The notes under the pieces: model-generated | Databases searched by the model: none | What the model was told of the DNA's origin: nothing | What the model saw: only the letters and a program-made list of their open reading frames with translations | Part shown: positions 1-10,786 of the stretch, piece by piece | Layout of the letters: the number at the start of each line of letters is the position of its first letter | How positions within the stretch are numbered: position 1 is the stretch's first letter | Origin: Burkholderiales bacterium | GTDB taxonomy: Bacteria > Pseudomonadota > Gammaproteobacteria > Burkholderiales > SG8-39 | Direction of reading: 5' to 3' | DNA length: 48,989 nucleotides | Assembly: GCA_035607175.1 (NCBI GenBank) | Contig: DATNCP010000195.1 | Location: forward strand, 1 to 48,989 | Position numbers and translations under genes: made by a program

Positions 1-504
1 CCCGAGCGCCGCAACGCCATCAAGGTGCTGATGCTGATGGACATCGGCGGCACCATGGACGACCACATCAAGCTCGCCGAGGAGCTGTTCTCGGCGGCGA
101 AGACCGAGTTCAAGCACCTCGAGTTCTACTACTTCCACAACTGCCTCTACGACTTCGTCTGGAAGGACAACCGGCGGCGCCACTCGGAGCGCACGCGCAC
201 CGCCGATCTCCTCCACAAGTACGCGCACGACTACAAGGTGATCTTCGTCGGCGACGCGACCATGAGCCCCTACGAGATCCTGCAGCCCGGCGGCTCGGTC
301 GAGTACTTCAACGAGGAGCCCGGAGCGGTCTGGGTGAAGCGCGTCACCGACATCTATCCGAAATGCGTCTGGCTCAACCCGGAACCGGAAGAGATCTGGG
401 CCTACCGGCAGTCGATCTCGATCGTGAAGGAGCTGATGAACGGACGCATGTTCCCCACTACGCTCGAGGGCCTCGAGCGCGCCATGAAACTACTCGCCAA
501 ATGA
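1..504 (+). CDS. vWA domain protein, CoxE/ViaA-like (C-terminal part; 5' end upstream of window)
   Basis: The frame is open from base 1 (..AIKVLMLMDIGGTMDDH.., MIDAS-like D-x-G-G-T). The rest is typical of CoxE-type vWA proteins (VIFVGDATMSPYE.., WLNPEPE). TGA at 502-504 overlaps the next ATG. Confidence 0.65.
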   Translation, partial: PERRNAIKVLMLMDIGGTMDDHIKLAEELFSAAKTEFKHLEFYYFHNCLYDFVWKDNRRRHSERTRTADLLHKYAHDYKVIFVGDATMSPYEILQPGGSVEYFNEEPGAVWVKRVTDIYPKCVWLNPEPEEIWAYRQSISIVKELMNGRMFPTTLEGLERAMKLLAK

Positions 505-1451
505 CGATGAGATTCTTCATTTTCCTGCTTGTCCTTTTCTCAGGGATTGCGGAAGCGCAATATCCCTCGAAGCCGGTGCGGGTCGTGATCCACTTCCCCG
601 CCGGCGGATCCACCGACCTGGTGGCGCGCGTGCTCTCGCAGGCGCTCAGCGAGTCGATGGGCCAGCCGTTCGTGGTCGAGAACCGCACCGGCGCAGACGG
701 CGCGATCGCCGCATCGGTCGTGATGCAGTCGCCGCCCGACGGCCACACGCTGTTCATCGCGACGAATACGGCGATGCTGCAGGTGCCGCTGCTGCAGAAG
801 AAGCCGCCCTACGACCCGCTCACCGCGTTCACGCCGGTCTCGCTGGTCGGCCGCTATACGTTCCTGCTCGTGGTCACGCCGAGCCTCGGGGTCAACAGCT
901 TCAACGAGTTCGTCGCCTACGCGCGCAGGAACCCCGGCAAGATCAATTTCTCGACCTACAGCGGCGCAAGCCAGCTCGCCTACGCGCAGATCGTCAAGAA
1001 CGCCGGCGTCGACATGCTGCGCGTGCCCTACAAGGGCGAGGCGCCGTCGGTCACCGACATCCTGGGCGGCACGATCCACGCCGTGTTCGCCACGCCGACC
1101 AGCAGCCTCTCGCACATCCAGAGCGGGCGCCTGAAGGCGCTCGCGGTCACGCTGCCGCAGCGCTGGCCGCTGCTGCCCCAGGTGCCGACCACGGTCGAGG
1201 CCGGCATGCCGCCCATCAACGTCGAGTTTTTCGCGGCGATGTTCGGCCCGGCGGGAATGCCGCCGGAGATCGCCGCGCGCCTCAGCATGGAGCTGAGCGC
1301 GATCATCGCGCGCCCGCAGATCCGCGAGCAGATCGACAAGCAGGGCTTCGCCCTCGCCAGCTCGACGCCGGGCGAGCTGCGCGGGTTCATCAAGACGCAG
1401 CTCGGCGCGTGGGCGCAGGGATTCAAGGAAGCCGGGATCAATCCAGAATGA
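501..1451 (+). CDS. Bug/TctC-family tripartite tricarboxylate transporter substrate-binding protein
   Basis: Signal peptide MTMRFFIFLLVLFSGIAEA followed by the Bug hallmark YPSKPVRVVIHFPAGGSTDLVAR. About 316 aa. ATGA overlap with the previous gene. Confidence 0.85.
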   Translation: MTMRFFIFLLVLFSGIAEAQYPSKPVRVVIHFPAGGSTDLVARVLSQALSESMGQPFVVENRTGADGAIAASVVMQSPPDGHTLFIATNTAMLQVPLLQKKPPYDPLTAFTPVSLVGRYTFLLVVTPSLGVNSFNEFVAYARRNPGKINFSTYSGASQLAYAQIVKNAGVDMLRVPYKGEAPSVTDILGGTIHAVFATPTSSLSHIQSGRLKALAVTLPQRWPLLPQVPTTVEAGMPPINVEFFAAMFGPAGMPPEIAARLSMELSAIIARPQIREQIDKQGFALASSTPGELRGFIKTQLGAWAQGFKEAGINPE

Positions 1452-2517
1452 ATGCGCCGGCGGAGCAACAGTTCCTCACCCTCCAGGAGCTCGTCGCCGC
1501 GGCGAAGAGCAACCTGCCGCCGGGTCCGTGGAGCTACCTGATCGGCGGCGCCGAGACCGAGACCACGGTGAGGCGCAATCGCCACGCGCTCGATTGCATC
1601 GCCTTCCGGCCGCGCGTGTTGCGCGACGTCAGCAAGGTCGACAGCAGCTGGACTTTCCTCGGCAAGAAGGTGCGGCTGCCGGTAATGCTCGCGCCGATCG
1701 GCGGCCTGGAATCGATCGTCGAGGGCGGCGCCGCGACCGCGGCGCGCGCAGCGGCGCAGTTCGGCGTGCCGCAGATGCTTTCCTCGGTTTGCAAGCCGGG
1801 GCTGGAGGAAACGGCCGCGGCGGCGCACGCGATTCGCTCCTTCCAGCTCTACGTGCGGGGCGACGACGCCTGGGTGGACGACTTCGTGAAGCGCGCAAAG
1901 GACAACGGCTTCACCTCGTTCTGCTTCACGGTCGACGTCGCTTCCTACAGCCGGCGCGAGCGCGATCTCATCGGCCGCTTCGTCAAGCCGTGGCGCGCCA
2001 AGGCGCAGGAAGGCGCCGCTTACCAGTCCGGCCTGTCCTGGGACCAGGTCAAGCGGTTCAAGGACAAGCACGACCTGCCGCTGATCATCAAAGGCATCGC
2101 GACCGTCGAGGACGCGAAGATCGCCGTGAAGCATGGCGTCGAAGTCGTCTACGTCTCGAATCACGGCGGCCGCCAGCTCGACCACGGGCTCGGATCCACC
2201 GCCGTGCTGCCGGAAATCGTGAAAGCGGTCGGGAAAAAAGCGGAAGTCTGGGTCGACGGCGGCTACATGCGCGGCAGCGATGTCGTGAAAGCGATCGCGC
2301 TCGGCGCAAAGACGGTCGGCATCGGCCGCCTCACCGGCCTCGCGCTCGGGGCGGCCGGCGCGCCGGGCCTGGTGCGCGCGCTCGAGCTGCTCGAGGAGGA
2401 GGTCCGCATCTGCCTCGGCCTGCTCGGCGTCACCTCCCTCGCCGAGCTGACCCCGCGGCACCTCGCCGCCGCGCCGGCGGTCAATCTCCCCGATACCTTC
2501 AGCGCCTTTCCGCTGCT

Positions 2518-2521
<4 letters not shown>
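1448..2521 (+). CDS. FMN-dependent alpha-hydroxy-acid dehydrogenase/oxidase (LldD/glycolate oxidase family)
   Basis: Family motifs are present (..IKGIATVEDA.., VYVSNHGGRQLD, VDGGYMRGSDVVKAIALGA). ATG 1448 overlaps the upstream TGA (ATGA). Confidence 0.85.
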
Positions 2522-3669
<1,148 letters not shown>

Positions 3670-3747
3670 GGCACCCTCAGTCGTTCGCGATGGTTTCCAG
3701 CATGGTACGGTTTCGACCCGCAGTCTGGCGCGGCCCGATGGCTATAA

Positions 3748-3759
3748 TTGTACGGACAA
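3748..3759. promoter_or_regulatory. candidate GntR/HutC-type operator TTGTACGGACAA (site 1 of 3)
   Basis: Near-perfect palindrome 11 nt upstream of the GntR start codon, within the divergent ACAD/GntR intergenic region. The same motif recurs at 4539 and 12026. Confidence 0.45.
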
Positions 3760-3769
3760 AAGAAGACAA

Positions 3770-4528
3770 ATGAAAACCGCCCGCAAGCCGCGCCGCAAGG
3801 CCGGCGCCGAAGCGGCGCCGCGCTACATGCAGATCGCCCGCGACCTGCGCCAGGCGATCGCGGACGGCCGCTATCCCGTCGGCGCGCAGCTGCCGACCGA
3901 GCACGAGCTCTGCCGCAGCCTCGGCCTGTCGCGCTTCACCATCCGCGAGGCGATCCGCGTGCTCTCCACCGCCGGACTGGTGCGGCGCAAGCCGCGCGCC
4001 GGCACGATGGTGGTCGCCCTGCCCGACGACGCGCGCTACAGCCACGGCATCAGCTCGCTGCGCGACCTTTTCCAGTACGCGCAGGCGACGCATTTCCACT
4101 ACGTCTACATCGGCCGCGTCGGCCTGTCGAAGGCGCAGGCGCGCGCCCTGTCGGCCGCGGCGGGCGAGGAATGGATCTATGCGGTCGCGCTGCGCCGCGA
4201 GACCGCCGGCACGAAGCCGTTCGGGGTGACGCGGCTGTTCCTCAACCCGGCGCTGAAGGGCATCGAGAAGGCGCTGCGCGGCTCGGGCGGGCGGCCGGTA
4301 TACGCGCTGATCGAGCGCGACTTCAAGGTGCGCATCGACCGGGTCGAGCAGACGATCACCTCGGTCGCGCTGGGCGACGAGGACGCGGCCAACCTCGGCG
4401 TGCCCGCCGGCGCGCCGGGGCTTTCGATCCGCCGCAGCTACTTCGACGAGCACGGCCGCGTCGTGGAGATGGCCGACACGGTTCACCCGGCCGACCGCTT
4501 CGCCTACCGGATGGAATTGCGCCGTTAG
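3770..4528 (+). CDS. GntR-family transcriptional regulator (HutC subfamily, UTRA effector domain)
   Basis: Winged HTH LPTEHELCRSLGLSRFTIREAIRVLSTAGLVRRKPRAGTMV followed by a UTRA-like C-terminal half. The start is taken at MKTARK (ATG 3770); the longer track ORF start would run into the ACAD promoter region. Confidence 0.85.
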   Translation: MKTARKPRRKAGAEAAPRYMQIARDLRQAIADGRYPVGAQLPTEHELCRSLGLSRFTIREAIRVLSTAGLVRRKPRAGTMVVALPDDARYSHGISSLRDLFQYAQATHFHYVYIGRVGLSKAQARALSAAAGEEWIYAVALRRETAGTKPFGVTRLFLNPALKGIEKALRGSGGRPVYALIERDFKVRIDRVEQTITSVALGDEDAANLGVPAGAPGLSIRRSYFDEHGRVVEMADTVHPADRFAYRMELRR

Positions 4529-4538
4529 TTCTGCTACC

Positions 4539-4550
4539 TTGTCCGGACAA
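4539..4550. promoter_or_regulatory. candidate GntR operator TTGTCCGGACAA (site 2 of 3, perfect palindrome)
   Basis: Perfect 12-bp palindrome immediately 5' of the ATG at 4551 of the PrpD-like gene. Confidence 0.45.
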
Positions 4551-5960
4551 ATGAGCATGGCGACGATCTCTTCCCGCCTCGCCGATTTCGCCGCCGGGCT
4601 GCGGCTCGACGCGGTGCCCGCGCCCGTCGTGCAGCGCGCCGAGCACCTGATGCTGGACGCGGTCGGCTGCGCGTTCGCCGCGCGCAAGGAAGAATTCGCC
4701 ATCCGCATCGCCCGGTCGGTCGCGAAGCTCGCCGGAACGGGCCCGCGCCGCGTGGTGGGCCTGCCCCATCGCCTGCCGCTCCGCGATGCCGCGCTGGTGA
4801 ACGGGATGCTGATGCATGGCCTCGACTACGACGATACGCACGCCGCCGGGATCATCCATCTCACCGTCAGCACGCTGCCGGCGAGCCTCGCCACCGCCGC
4901 GCACCTCGGCGCCTCCGGCACGGAGCTGCTTGCCGCCTACATCGCCGGCGTCGAGACCGGCGCGCGCATCGCCTCGGTCGCGAAGGGCGGCTTCCACGAA
5001 GTCGGCTTCCATCCCACCGGCGTGGTCGGCGCGTTCGCCAGCAGCCTGGCCGCCGGGCGCCTGATGAAGCTCTCTCCCGCCCAGCTCGCCGGCGCGCAGG
5101 GCATCGCGCTCTCGCTCGCGAGCGGCAACCTGCAGTTCCTCGAGGACGGCTCGTGGACCAAGCGCATCCATCCCGGCTGGGCGGCCGCATGCGGGATCAG
5201 CGCGGCATCGCTCGCCGCTGACGACTTCCCCGCGCCGCCCGAAGCCTACGAAGGCCGCTTCGGCCTGTTTCGCAGTCACCTTTCGCCGGCGCTCTACGAG
5301 AAAGCGGACCTCTCGCTTGCCACCGCAGGCCTCGGCAGGACGTGGGAGATCGAGAATGTCGCGGTCAAGCCGTTCCCGGCCTGCCACCTCGTGCATGGCT
5401 GCGCGGACGCGGCCATCGCCCTGCACCGGGCGGGCATCGACGTGGAGCGCGTGCGCTCGGTACAGGCGCTGGTGCCCGAAGGCGTGGTCAAGGCCGTGTG
5501 CGAGCCGGTCGCGAACAAGCGCCGGCCGAAGAACGACTACGACGCGAAGTTCAGCATCCCGTACGCGATTGCGAGCGCGCTCACGCGCGGCCGCCTCGGC
5601 GTCGCCGAGTTCCTCCCCGCCGCCTACACCGAGCCGCGCATCGAGCGGCTGATGGACAAGGTGGAGTACGCCGTCGACGCGGCGAGCACCTTCCCGCGCC
5701 ACTACACCGGCGAAGTCGTGGTCACGCTCGACGACGGCCGCGTGCTTCGCAATCGCGTCGCCGTCAACCGCGGCAATCCGGATCGCCCGCTCGCCAACGC
5801 CGAGATCGAGGCCAAATACTTCGAGAACTGCGCCGTGAGCCTAGACCAGGCCACGGCGTCCAGGATCCGCGACGCGATCCTCGGCCTCGCGTCCGTCGCC
5901 GATGTCCGCGCCCTCGAAGCGCTGCTCGCCGCCGAAGCGCGCTCGGAGGTCGCGGCATGA
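4551..5960 (+). CDS. MmgE/PrpD-family protein (2-methylcitrate dehydratase-like)
   Basis: About 470 aa with a typical PrpD-family N-terminus (..RLADFAAGLRLDAVPAPVVQRAEHLMLDAVGCAFAA..) and YDDTH. The track start at 4539 is a TTG inside the palindrome, so ATG 4551 (or 4557) is preferred. Confidence 0.8.
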   Translation: MSMATISSRLADFAAGLRLDAVPAPVVQRAEHLMLDAVGCAFAARKEEFAIRIARSVAKLAGTGPRRVVGLPHRLPLRDAALVNGMLMHGLDYDDTHAAGIIHLTVSTLPASLATAAHLGASGTELLAAYIAGVETGARIASVAKGGFHEVGFHPTGVVGAFASSLAAGRLMKLSPAQLAGAQGIALSLASGNLQFLEDGSWTKRIHPGWAAACGISAASLAADDFPAPPEAYEGRFGLFRSHLSPALYEKADLSLATAGLGRTWEIENVAVKPFPACHLVHGCADAAIALHRAGIDVERVRSVQALVPEGVVKAVCEPVANKRRPKNDYDAKFSIPYAIASALTRGRLGVAEFLPAAYTEPRIERLMDKVEYAVDAASTFPRHYTGEVVVTLDDGRVLRNRVAVNRGNPDRPLANAEIEAKYFENCAVSLDQATASRIRDAILGLASVADVRALEALLAAEARSEVAA

Positions 5961-7144
5961 CGCCGCTCGCCGGCCTGCGCATCCTCGCGGTCGAGCAATA
6001 CGGCGCGGGCCCCTTCGGCACCTCCTACCTCGCCGACCTCGGCGCGGAGGTGGTGAAGATCGAGAACCACAAGGACGGCGGCGACGTCGGCCGGCAGGTC
6101 GGGCCGCATTTCTTCGGCCCGCACGACAGCCACTTCTTCCAGACTTTCAACCGCAACAAGAAAAGCATCACGCTCGACCTGAAGCACCCCGAGGGCAAGG
6201 CCGCATTCCAGGCGCTGGCGAAGAGCGCCGACGCGGTGATCGACAACCTGCGCGGCGACCTGCCCGAGAAGCTCGGCCTGACCTACGAGCAGCTGAAGGC
6301 AATCAATGCGCGCATCGTGTGCGCGCACCTTTCCGCCTACGGGCGCACCGGCTCGCGCAAGGCCTGGCCGGGCTACGATTACCTGATGCAGGCCGAGGCC
6401 GGGCACATGTCGCTCACCGGCGAGCCGGGCGGCCCGCCGACGCGCTACGGCCTTTCGGTGGTCGACCTGATGACCGGCCTCGCCGCGGCATTCGGCCTGC
6501 TCGCGGGCGTGATGAGCGCGCGCGCCACCGGCAAGGGGATGGACGTCGACACCTCGCTCTTCGACGTCGCGCTGCACAACCTCAACTATCCCGGCACCTG
6601 GTTCCTGAACGCCGGCGCGGTCACCGGCCGCACGCCCCGCTCCGCGCACCCGAGCCTGACGCCGAGCCAGCTCTACCGCACGAAGGACGGCTGGATCTTC
6701 ATCATGTGCAACAAGGAGAAGTTCTGGGGGATCCTCGCGCAGGCGCTCGGCAAACCCGAGTGGGCGACCGACCCGGCGTTCGCCACGTTCAAGGCGCGGC
6801 TCAAGAACCGCGACCGGCTCACGCAGATGCTCGACGCCGCCCTCTCGGCGCGCACCACCGACGAGTGGATCGGGCGCTTCGCGGGCAAGGTGCCGGCATC
6901 GCCGGTCTATGACGTCAAGCAGGCGCTGGAGAGCGCCTGGGTCGCGGAGCGCGGCGGCGTCGCAGACTTCTCCTATGCCGACGGCAAGGTCGCCCGCATG
7001 GTGGCGGCGCCGATCGGCTTCACCGGCGCCGAGCTGCCGACCCGCGCCGCCCCGCCGATGGGCGCGCACACCGTCGAGCAGCTCCGCGCCGCGGGCTATT
7101 CCGACCAGCGCATCGACGAGCTGCGCATCGCCGGAGTGATATGA
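5957..7144 (+). CDS. family III CoA-transferase (CaiB/BaiF/Frc family)
   Basis: MTPLAGLRILAVEQYGAGPFGTSYLADLGAEVVKIE.. is the canonical N-terminus of CaiB-type CoA-transferases. ATGA overlap with the PrpD-like stop. Confidence 0.85.
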   Translation: MTPLAGLRILAVEQYGAGPFGTSYLADLGAEVVKIENHKDGGDVGRQVGPHFFGPHDSHFFQTFNRNKKSITLDLKHPEGKAAFQALAKSADAVIDNLRGDLPEKLGLTYEQLKAINARIVCAHLSAYGRTGSRKAWPGYDYLMQAEAGHMSLTGEPGGPPTRYGLSVVDLMTGLAAAFGLLAGVMSARATGKGMDVDTSLFDVALHNLNYPGTWFLNAGAVTGRTPRSAHPSLTPSQLYRTKDGWIFIMCNKEKFWGILAQALGKPEWATDPAFATFKARLKNRDRLTQMLDAALSARTTDEWIGRFAGKVPASPVYDVKQALESAWVAERGGVADFSYADGKVARMVAAPIGFTGAELPTRAAPPMGAHTVEQLRAAGYSDQRIDELRIAGVI

Positions 7145-8685
7145 ACCTCGCCTCGACCCTCACCCAGTCGGCGCTCAACTGGCCGGAGAAGACGGCGCTG
7201 GTCTTCGAAGGCCGGCGCTGGACCTACGCGCAGTGGAACCGCGCGGTCAACAAGGCGGCGCACGCCTTCCGCGCCGCCGGCATCGGCAAGGGCGACCGCG
7301 TCGCCTTCCTGACGTACAACCTGCCCGAGCAGGTCACGGGCTTCTACGCGCTGATGAAGATCGGCGCGGTGCCGGTGCCGATCAACTACCGGCTGGCGGC
7401 GAACGAGGTGAAGTACATCGTCGACGACTCGAAGGCGCGCATCCTCGTTTTCGAGGAAGCGCTGCGCGCGCCGGTCGCGGCGATCAAGGACCAGCTCGCG
7501 GTGGAGAAGCTGCTGTACGTCGGCGCGAAGCCCGAGGGCAAGGAGATCCCGTTCGAGAGATTCATCGAGCCCGGCGCCGACGCCGAGCCCGAACTCGTCG
7601 GCGACTGGCACGACCCCGCTTTCATCATGTACACCTCGGGCACGACCGGGCGGCCGAAAGGCGTGGTGCGCTCGCACCTCGCCGAGATCATGGGCAGCCA
7701 TTCGATGCAGGTCGAGTGCGGCTTCCGCGCCGGCGACACCATCCTCAACAACAAGCCGCTGTTCCACATCGCGCAGCTGCAGCTGCAATTCATCCCGTTC
7801 GTCCACATCGGCGGCACCAACGTGCTGACGCGCGGCTTCGACGTGCACGAGACGCTGTCGCTGGTCGGCAAGGAGCGCATCACCGTGCTGCACGGGGTGC
7901 CGACGCAGATGGTGATGATGGTCGCCGCGGACCTTTCGCAGTACGACCTGGCCTCGCTGCGCTGCGGCTTCTTCGGCGGGCAGACCCTCGCCGACGACAT
8001 CACGCGCAAGGTGATGCAGTGGTTCCCGGAGTATTTCGGCAACGTCTACGGCTCGACCGAGGCGCTGATGGTCACCGCTTGCGACTACCGCCAGCATCCC
8101 GGCAAGCTCGGCAGCGTCGGCAAGGCTTCGATCAACATGGAAGTGCGCGTCATCCGCACCGGCAGCCGCGAGCCCGGCGACCTGTGCAAGCCGGGCGAGA
8201 TCGGCCAGCTCATCACGCGCGGCGCGAGCCTGCTGACCGAGTACTTCGGCCTGCCCGAGCGCACCGCCGCGGCCTTCGCCGGCGGCTGGTTCCTCTCCGG
8301 CGACGCCGCGGTGCTCGACGAGCAGGGCTTCATCACCGTGATGGGGCGGATGGACCACACCATCAAGAGCGGCGGCGAGAACATCCACCCCTCCGAGATC
8401 GAGAACGTGCTGTTCAAGCATCCCGGCATCGCCAACGCCGCGGCGGTCGGCCTGCCGAGCCGCAAGTGGGGCCAGGTGGTCTGCGCGGCGATCGTGCGCA
8501 AGGATCCGGCGCTCTCGGCGGCCGCGCTCGACGAGTTCTGCCTGAAGAGCCCCGACCTCGCCGATTTCAAGCGGCCGCGGCACTACTTCTTCGTCGACGC
8601 CATCCCGTCCAATCCGACCGGCAAGGTCGAGCGCGGCAAGCTGAAGGACCAATTGATGACCGGCATTCCAGGAGAGCTGGAGTAA
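7141..8685 (+). CDS. AMP-dependent acyl-CoA synthetase/ligase
   Basis: AMP-binding motif YTSGTTGRPKGV, plus GDAAVLDEQGFITVMGRMDHTIKSGGENI and the C-terminal GKVERGKL. ATGA overlap upstream. Confidence 0.9.
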   Translation: MNLASTLTQSALNWPEKTALVFEGRRWTYAQWNRAVNKAAHAFRAAGIGKGDRVAFLTYNLPEQVTGFYALMKIGAVPVPINYRLAANEVKYIVDDSKARILVFEEALRAPVAAIKDQLAVEKLLYVGAKPEGKEIPFERFIEPGADAEPELVGDWHDPAFIMYTSGTTGRPKGVVRSHLAEIMGSHSMQVECGFRAGDTILNNKPLFHIAQLQLQFIPFVHIGGTNVLTRGFDVHETLSLVGKERITVLHGVPTQMVMMVAADLSQYDLASLRCGFFGGQTLADDITRKVMQWFPEYFGNVYGSTEALMVTACDYRQHPGKLGSVGKASINMEVRVIRTGSREPGDLCKPGEIGQLITRGASLLTEYFGLPERTAAAFAGGWFLSGDAAVLDEQGFITVMGRMDHTIKSGGENIHPSEIENVLFKHPGIANAAAVGLPSRKWGQVVCAAIVRKDPALSAAALDEFCLKSPDLADFKRPRHYFFVDAIPSNPTGKVERGKLKDQLMTGIPGELE

Positions 8686-8972
8686 TGGCGGCGCTGCTGA
8701 TCATCCAGGCGACCGTGACGCGGAAAGACCGCTACAAGACCTACCAGGAAGCGGTGAAGCCGCTGATGGCGTCCTTCGGCGGCCGCCTGAAGGCGAGCGG
8801 CGTGGGCCTCGAGGTTCTGGAAGGCGCTCACGACGGCCGCCGGCTGATCGTTTTCGAGTTCGATTCCATGGACACCATTCGCGCCTTCTGGAATTCGAAG
8901 CAATATGCGGCCGTGAAATCGCTGCGCGAAGATGCAGCGAAGATCGACGTCTGGGCGGTGCCGGCGGCATGA
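8685..8972 (+). CDS. DUF1330-like small protein (dimeric alpha/beta-barrel type)
   Basis: 95 aa. MAALLIIQATV..YKTYQEAVKPLMASFGGR..VFEFDSMDTIRAFWNSKQY resembles DUF1330 family members. TAATG junction with the upstream gene. Confidence 0.6.
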   Translation: MAALLIIQATVTRKDRYKTYQEAVKPLMASFGGRLKASGVGLEVLEGAHDGRRLIVFEFDSMDTIRAFWNSKQYAAVKSLREDAAKIDVWAVPAA

Positions 8973-10075
8973 CCGATCTCTTCTCGCCGCTTTCCATCGG
9001 CGACCTCGCCCTCCCCAACCGGATCATCATGGCGCCGCTCACGCGCTCGCGCGCCACGCTGGAGCGCGTGCCGACGCCGATGATGACCGAGCACTACGTG
9101 CAGCGCGCCGCCGCCGGCCTGATCATCGCCGAGGCGACCAACATCGGGCCGCAATCGATCGCCTGGGATTGCGCGCCCGGCATCTTCACGCAGCCGCAGA
9201 TCGACGCCTGGAAGACGCTGGTGCGCGCGGTGCACGCCGCCGGCGGCCGCATCGCGCTGCAGCTCTGGCACGGCGGCCGCGTCGCGTGCGACCGCTCGGC
9301 CGATCCGCGGCCGGCGCTCTCGCCCTCGGGCGTGAATGAGAACCTCGATGCCCTCACCGTCTGGGGACTGGGCGCAGAGGGAAAATTCATCAAGCTGAAG
9401 GCGACGCAGTCGCGTGAGATGAGCCTCGACGAGGTGCGCGCCACCGTCAAGGCTTTCGGCGCCGCGGCGCGCGCCTGCAAGGAAGTCGGCTTCGACGCCA
9501 TCGAGCTGCACGGCGCCAACGGCTACCTGCCGCACCAGTTCCTCTCGCCGTTCCTCAACCGGCGCGGCGACGAGTACGGCGGCACGCCGGAGAAGCGCGC
9601 CCGCTTCGCCATCGAGGTGGTGGAAGCGATGCTGCAGCACTATCCGCCCGCGCGCGTCGGCATGCGCATCTCGCCCTACAGCGACTACAACGGCGCGATC
9701 GACCCCGATCCCGCGCCCGCCTATCGCTTCCTGCTGAAGACCCTCAATCAGCACCGGCTCGGCTGGCTCGAGCTCGCCGACACCAGCTTCTGGTACGGCA
9801 GGTTCGAGCGCTCGCGCATGCTCGACCTCGCGAGGCCCGTGTTCGACGGCAGGATCATCGCCAACGGCGGCATCGAGCCGCAGACCGCCGGCGAGCTGAT
9901 CGCGGGCGGCATGGTGGACGCGGTTTCCTTCGGCCGGCTGTGGATGGCGAACCCGGACCTCCCGGAGCGCATCCGCCGCGGCGGCCCCTACGCCAAGGCG
10001 ATCACCAGGCGCTTCTACGGCGGCGGGGCCGACGGGTACAACGACTACCCCACCCTCGCCAGCGCCACCGCCTAG
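8969..10075 (+). CDS. Old Yellow Enzyme-family NADH:flavin oxidoreductase (alkene/N-ethylmaleimide reductase-like)
   Basis: OYE motifs are present (LPNRIIMAPLTRSRA, LWHGGR, ELHGANGYLPHQFLSP, FGRLWMANPDLPERI). ATGA overlap upstream. Its stop shares CTAG 10072-10075. Confidence 0.9.
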   Translation: MTDLFSPLSIGDLALPNRIIMAPLTRSRATLERVPTPMMTEHYVQRAAAGLIIAEATNIGPQSIAWDCAPGIFTQPQIDAWKTLVRAVHAAGGRIALQLWHGGRVACDRSADPRPALSPSGVNENLDALTVWGLGAEGKFIKLKATQSREMSLDEVRATVKAFGAAARACKEVGFDAIELHGANGYLPHQFLSPFLNRRGDEYGGTPEKRARFAIEVVEAMLQHYPPARVGMRISPYSDYNGAIDPDPAPAYRFLLKTLNQHRLGWLELADTSFWYGRFERSRMLDLARPVFDGRIIANGGIEPQTAGELIAGGMVDAVSFGRLWMANPDLPERIRRGGPYAKAITRRFYGGGADGYNDYPTLASATA

Positions 10076-10779
10076 ACCATCAGGTACTTCTCGCGGATCT
10101 CCGGCTGCGCGGCGAGCGCGGCGGGAGTGCCTTCATAGCGGATCTCGCCGCGCTCGATGATCGAGACGCGGTCGGCGAGCTCGGTCGCGAAGCGCAGGTT
10201 CTGCTCGGAAAGGAGCACGGTGGCGCCGGCCTCCTTGAGCGCCTTCAGCCGCTGCAGGATCGCCTCGACCACGAGCGGCGCGAGTCCCTCGGAAGGCTCG
10301 TCGAGCAGCAGCAGGCTCGGGTTGCCGAACAGCGTGCGCGCGATTGCCACCATTCGCTGCTGGCCGCCCGAAAGGGATCCCGCGCGCTGATTCAGGAAGC
10401 GCTCCACATCGGGAAAGAGCTTCAGCACCTCGGGCAGGTCCCAGCGGCCCGCCCCGGCGCGCGCCGGGCGGCGCGCCGCTTCGAAGTTCTCCGCCACCGT
10501 CAGCCCGCCGAACAGGCGGCAGTTCTCGGGCACGAAGCCGAGGCCGGCGCGGCAGGCTTCGAACGGCTCCCTGCCCTGGATCTCGGCGCCGTCGAAGCGG
10601 ATCGTGCCGCTGCGCGGGCGAACCAGGCCCATGATGCTCGACAGCGTGGTGGTCTTGCCCGCGCCGTTGCGCCCGAGGAGCGCGACGACTTCGCCGCGCT
10701 CTACCGTGAGCGAGAGGCCGAAGAGGACCTGGCTGTCGCCGTACGCAGTCTCCAGCCGGCTGACTTCGAGCAACGCCAC
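10072..10779 (-). CDS. branched-chain-amino-acid-type ABC transporter ATP-binding protein (LivF-like)
   Basis: Walker A GRNGAGKTT, signature LSGGQQRM, Walker B LLLLDEPSEG. 235 aa. Confidence 0.85.
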   Translation of the reverse strand: MALLEVSRLETAYGDSQVLFGLSLTVERGEVVALLGRNGAGKTTTLSSIMGLVRPRSGTIRFDGAEIQGREPFEACRAGLGFVPENCRLFGGLTVAENFEAARRPARAGAGRWDLPEVLKLFPDVERFLNQRAGSLSGGQQRMVAIARTLFGNPSLLLLDEPSEGLAPLVVEAILQRLKALKEAGATVLLSEQNLRFATELADRVSIIERGEIRYEGTPAALAAQPEIREKYLMV

Positions 10780-10786
10780 CGGCGGG

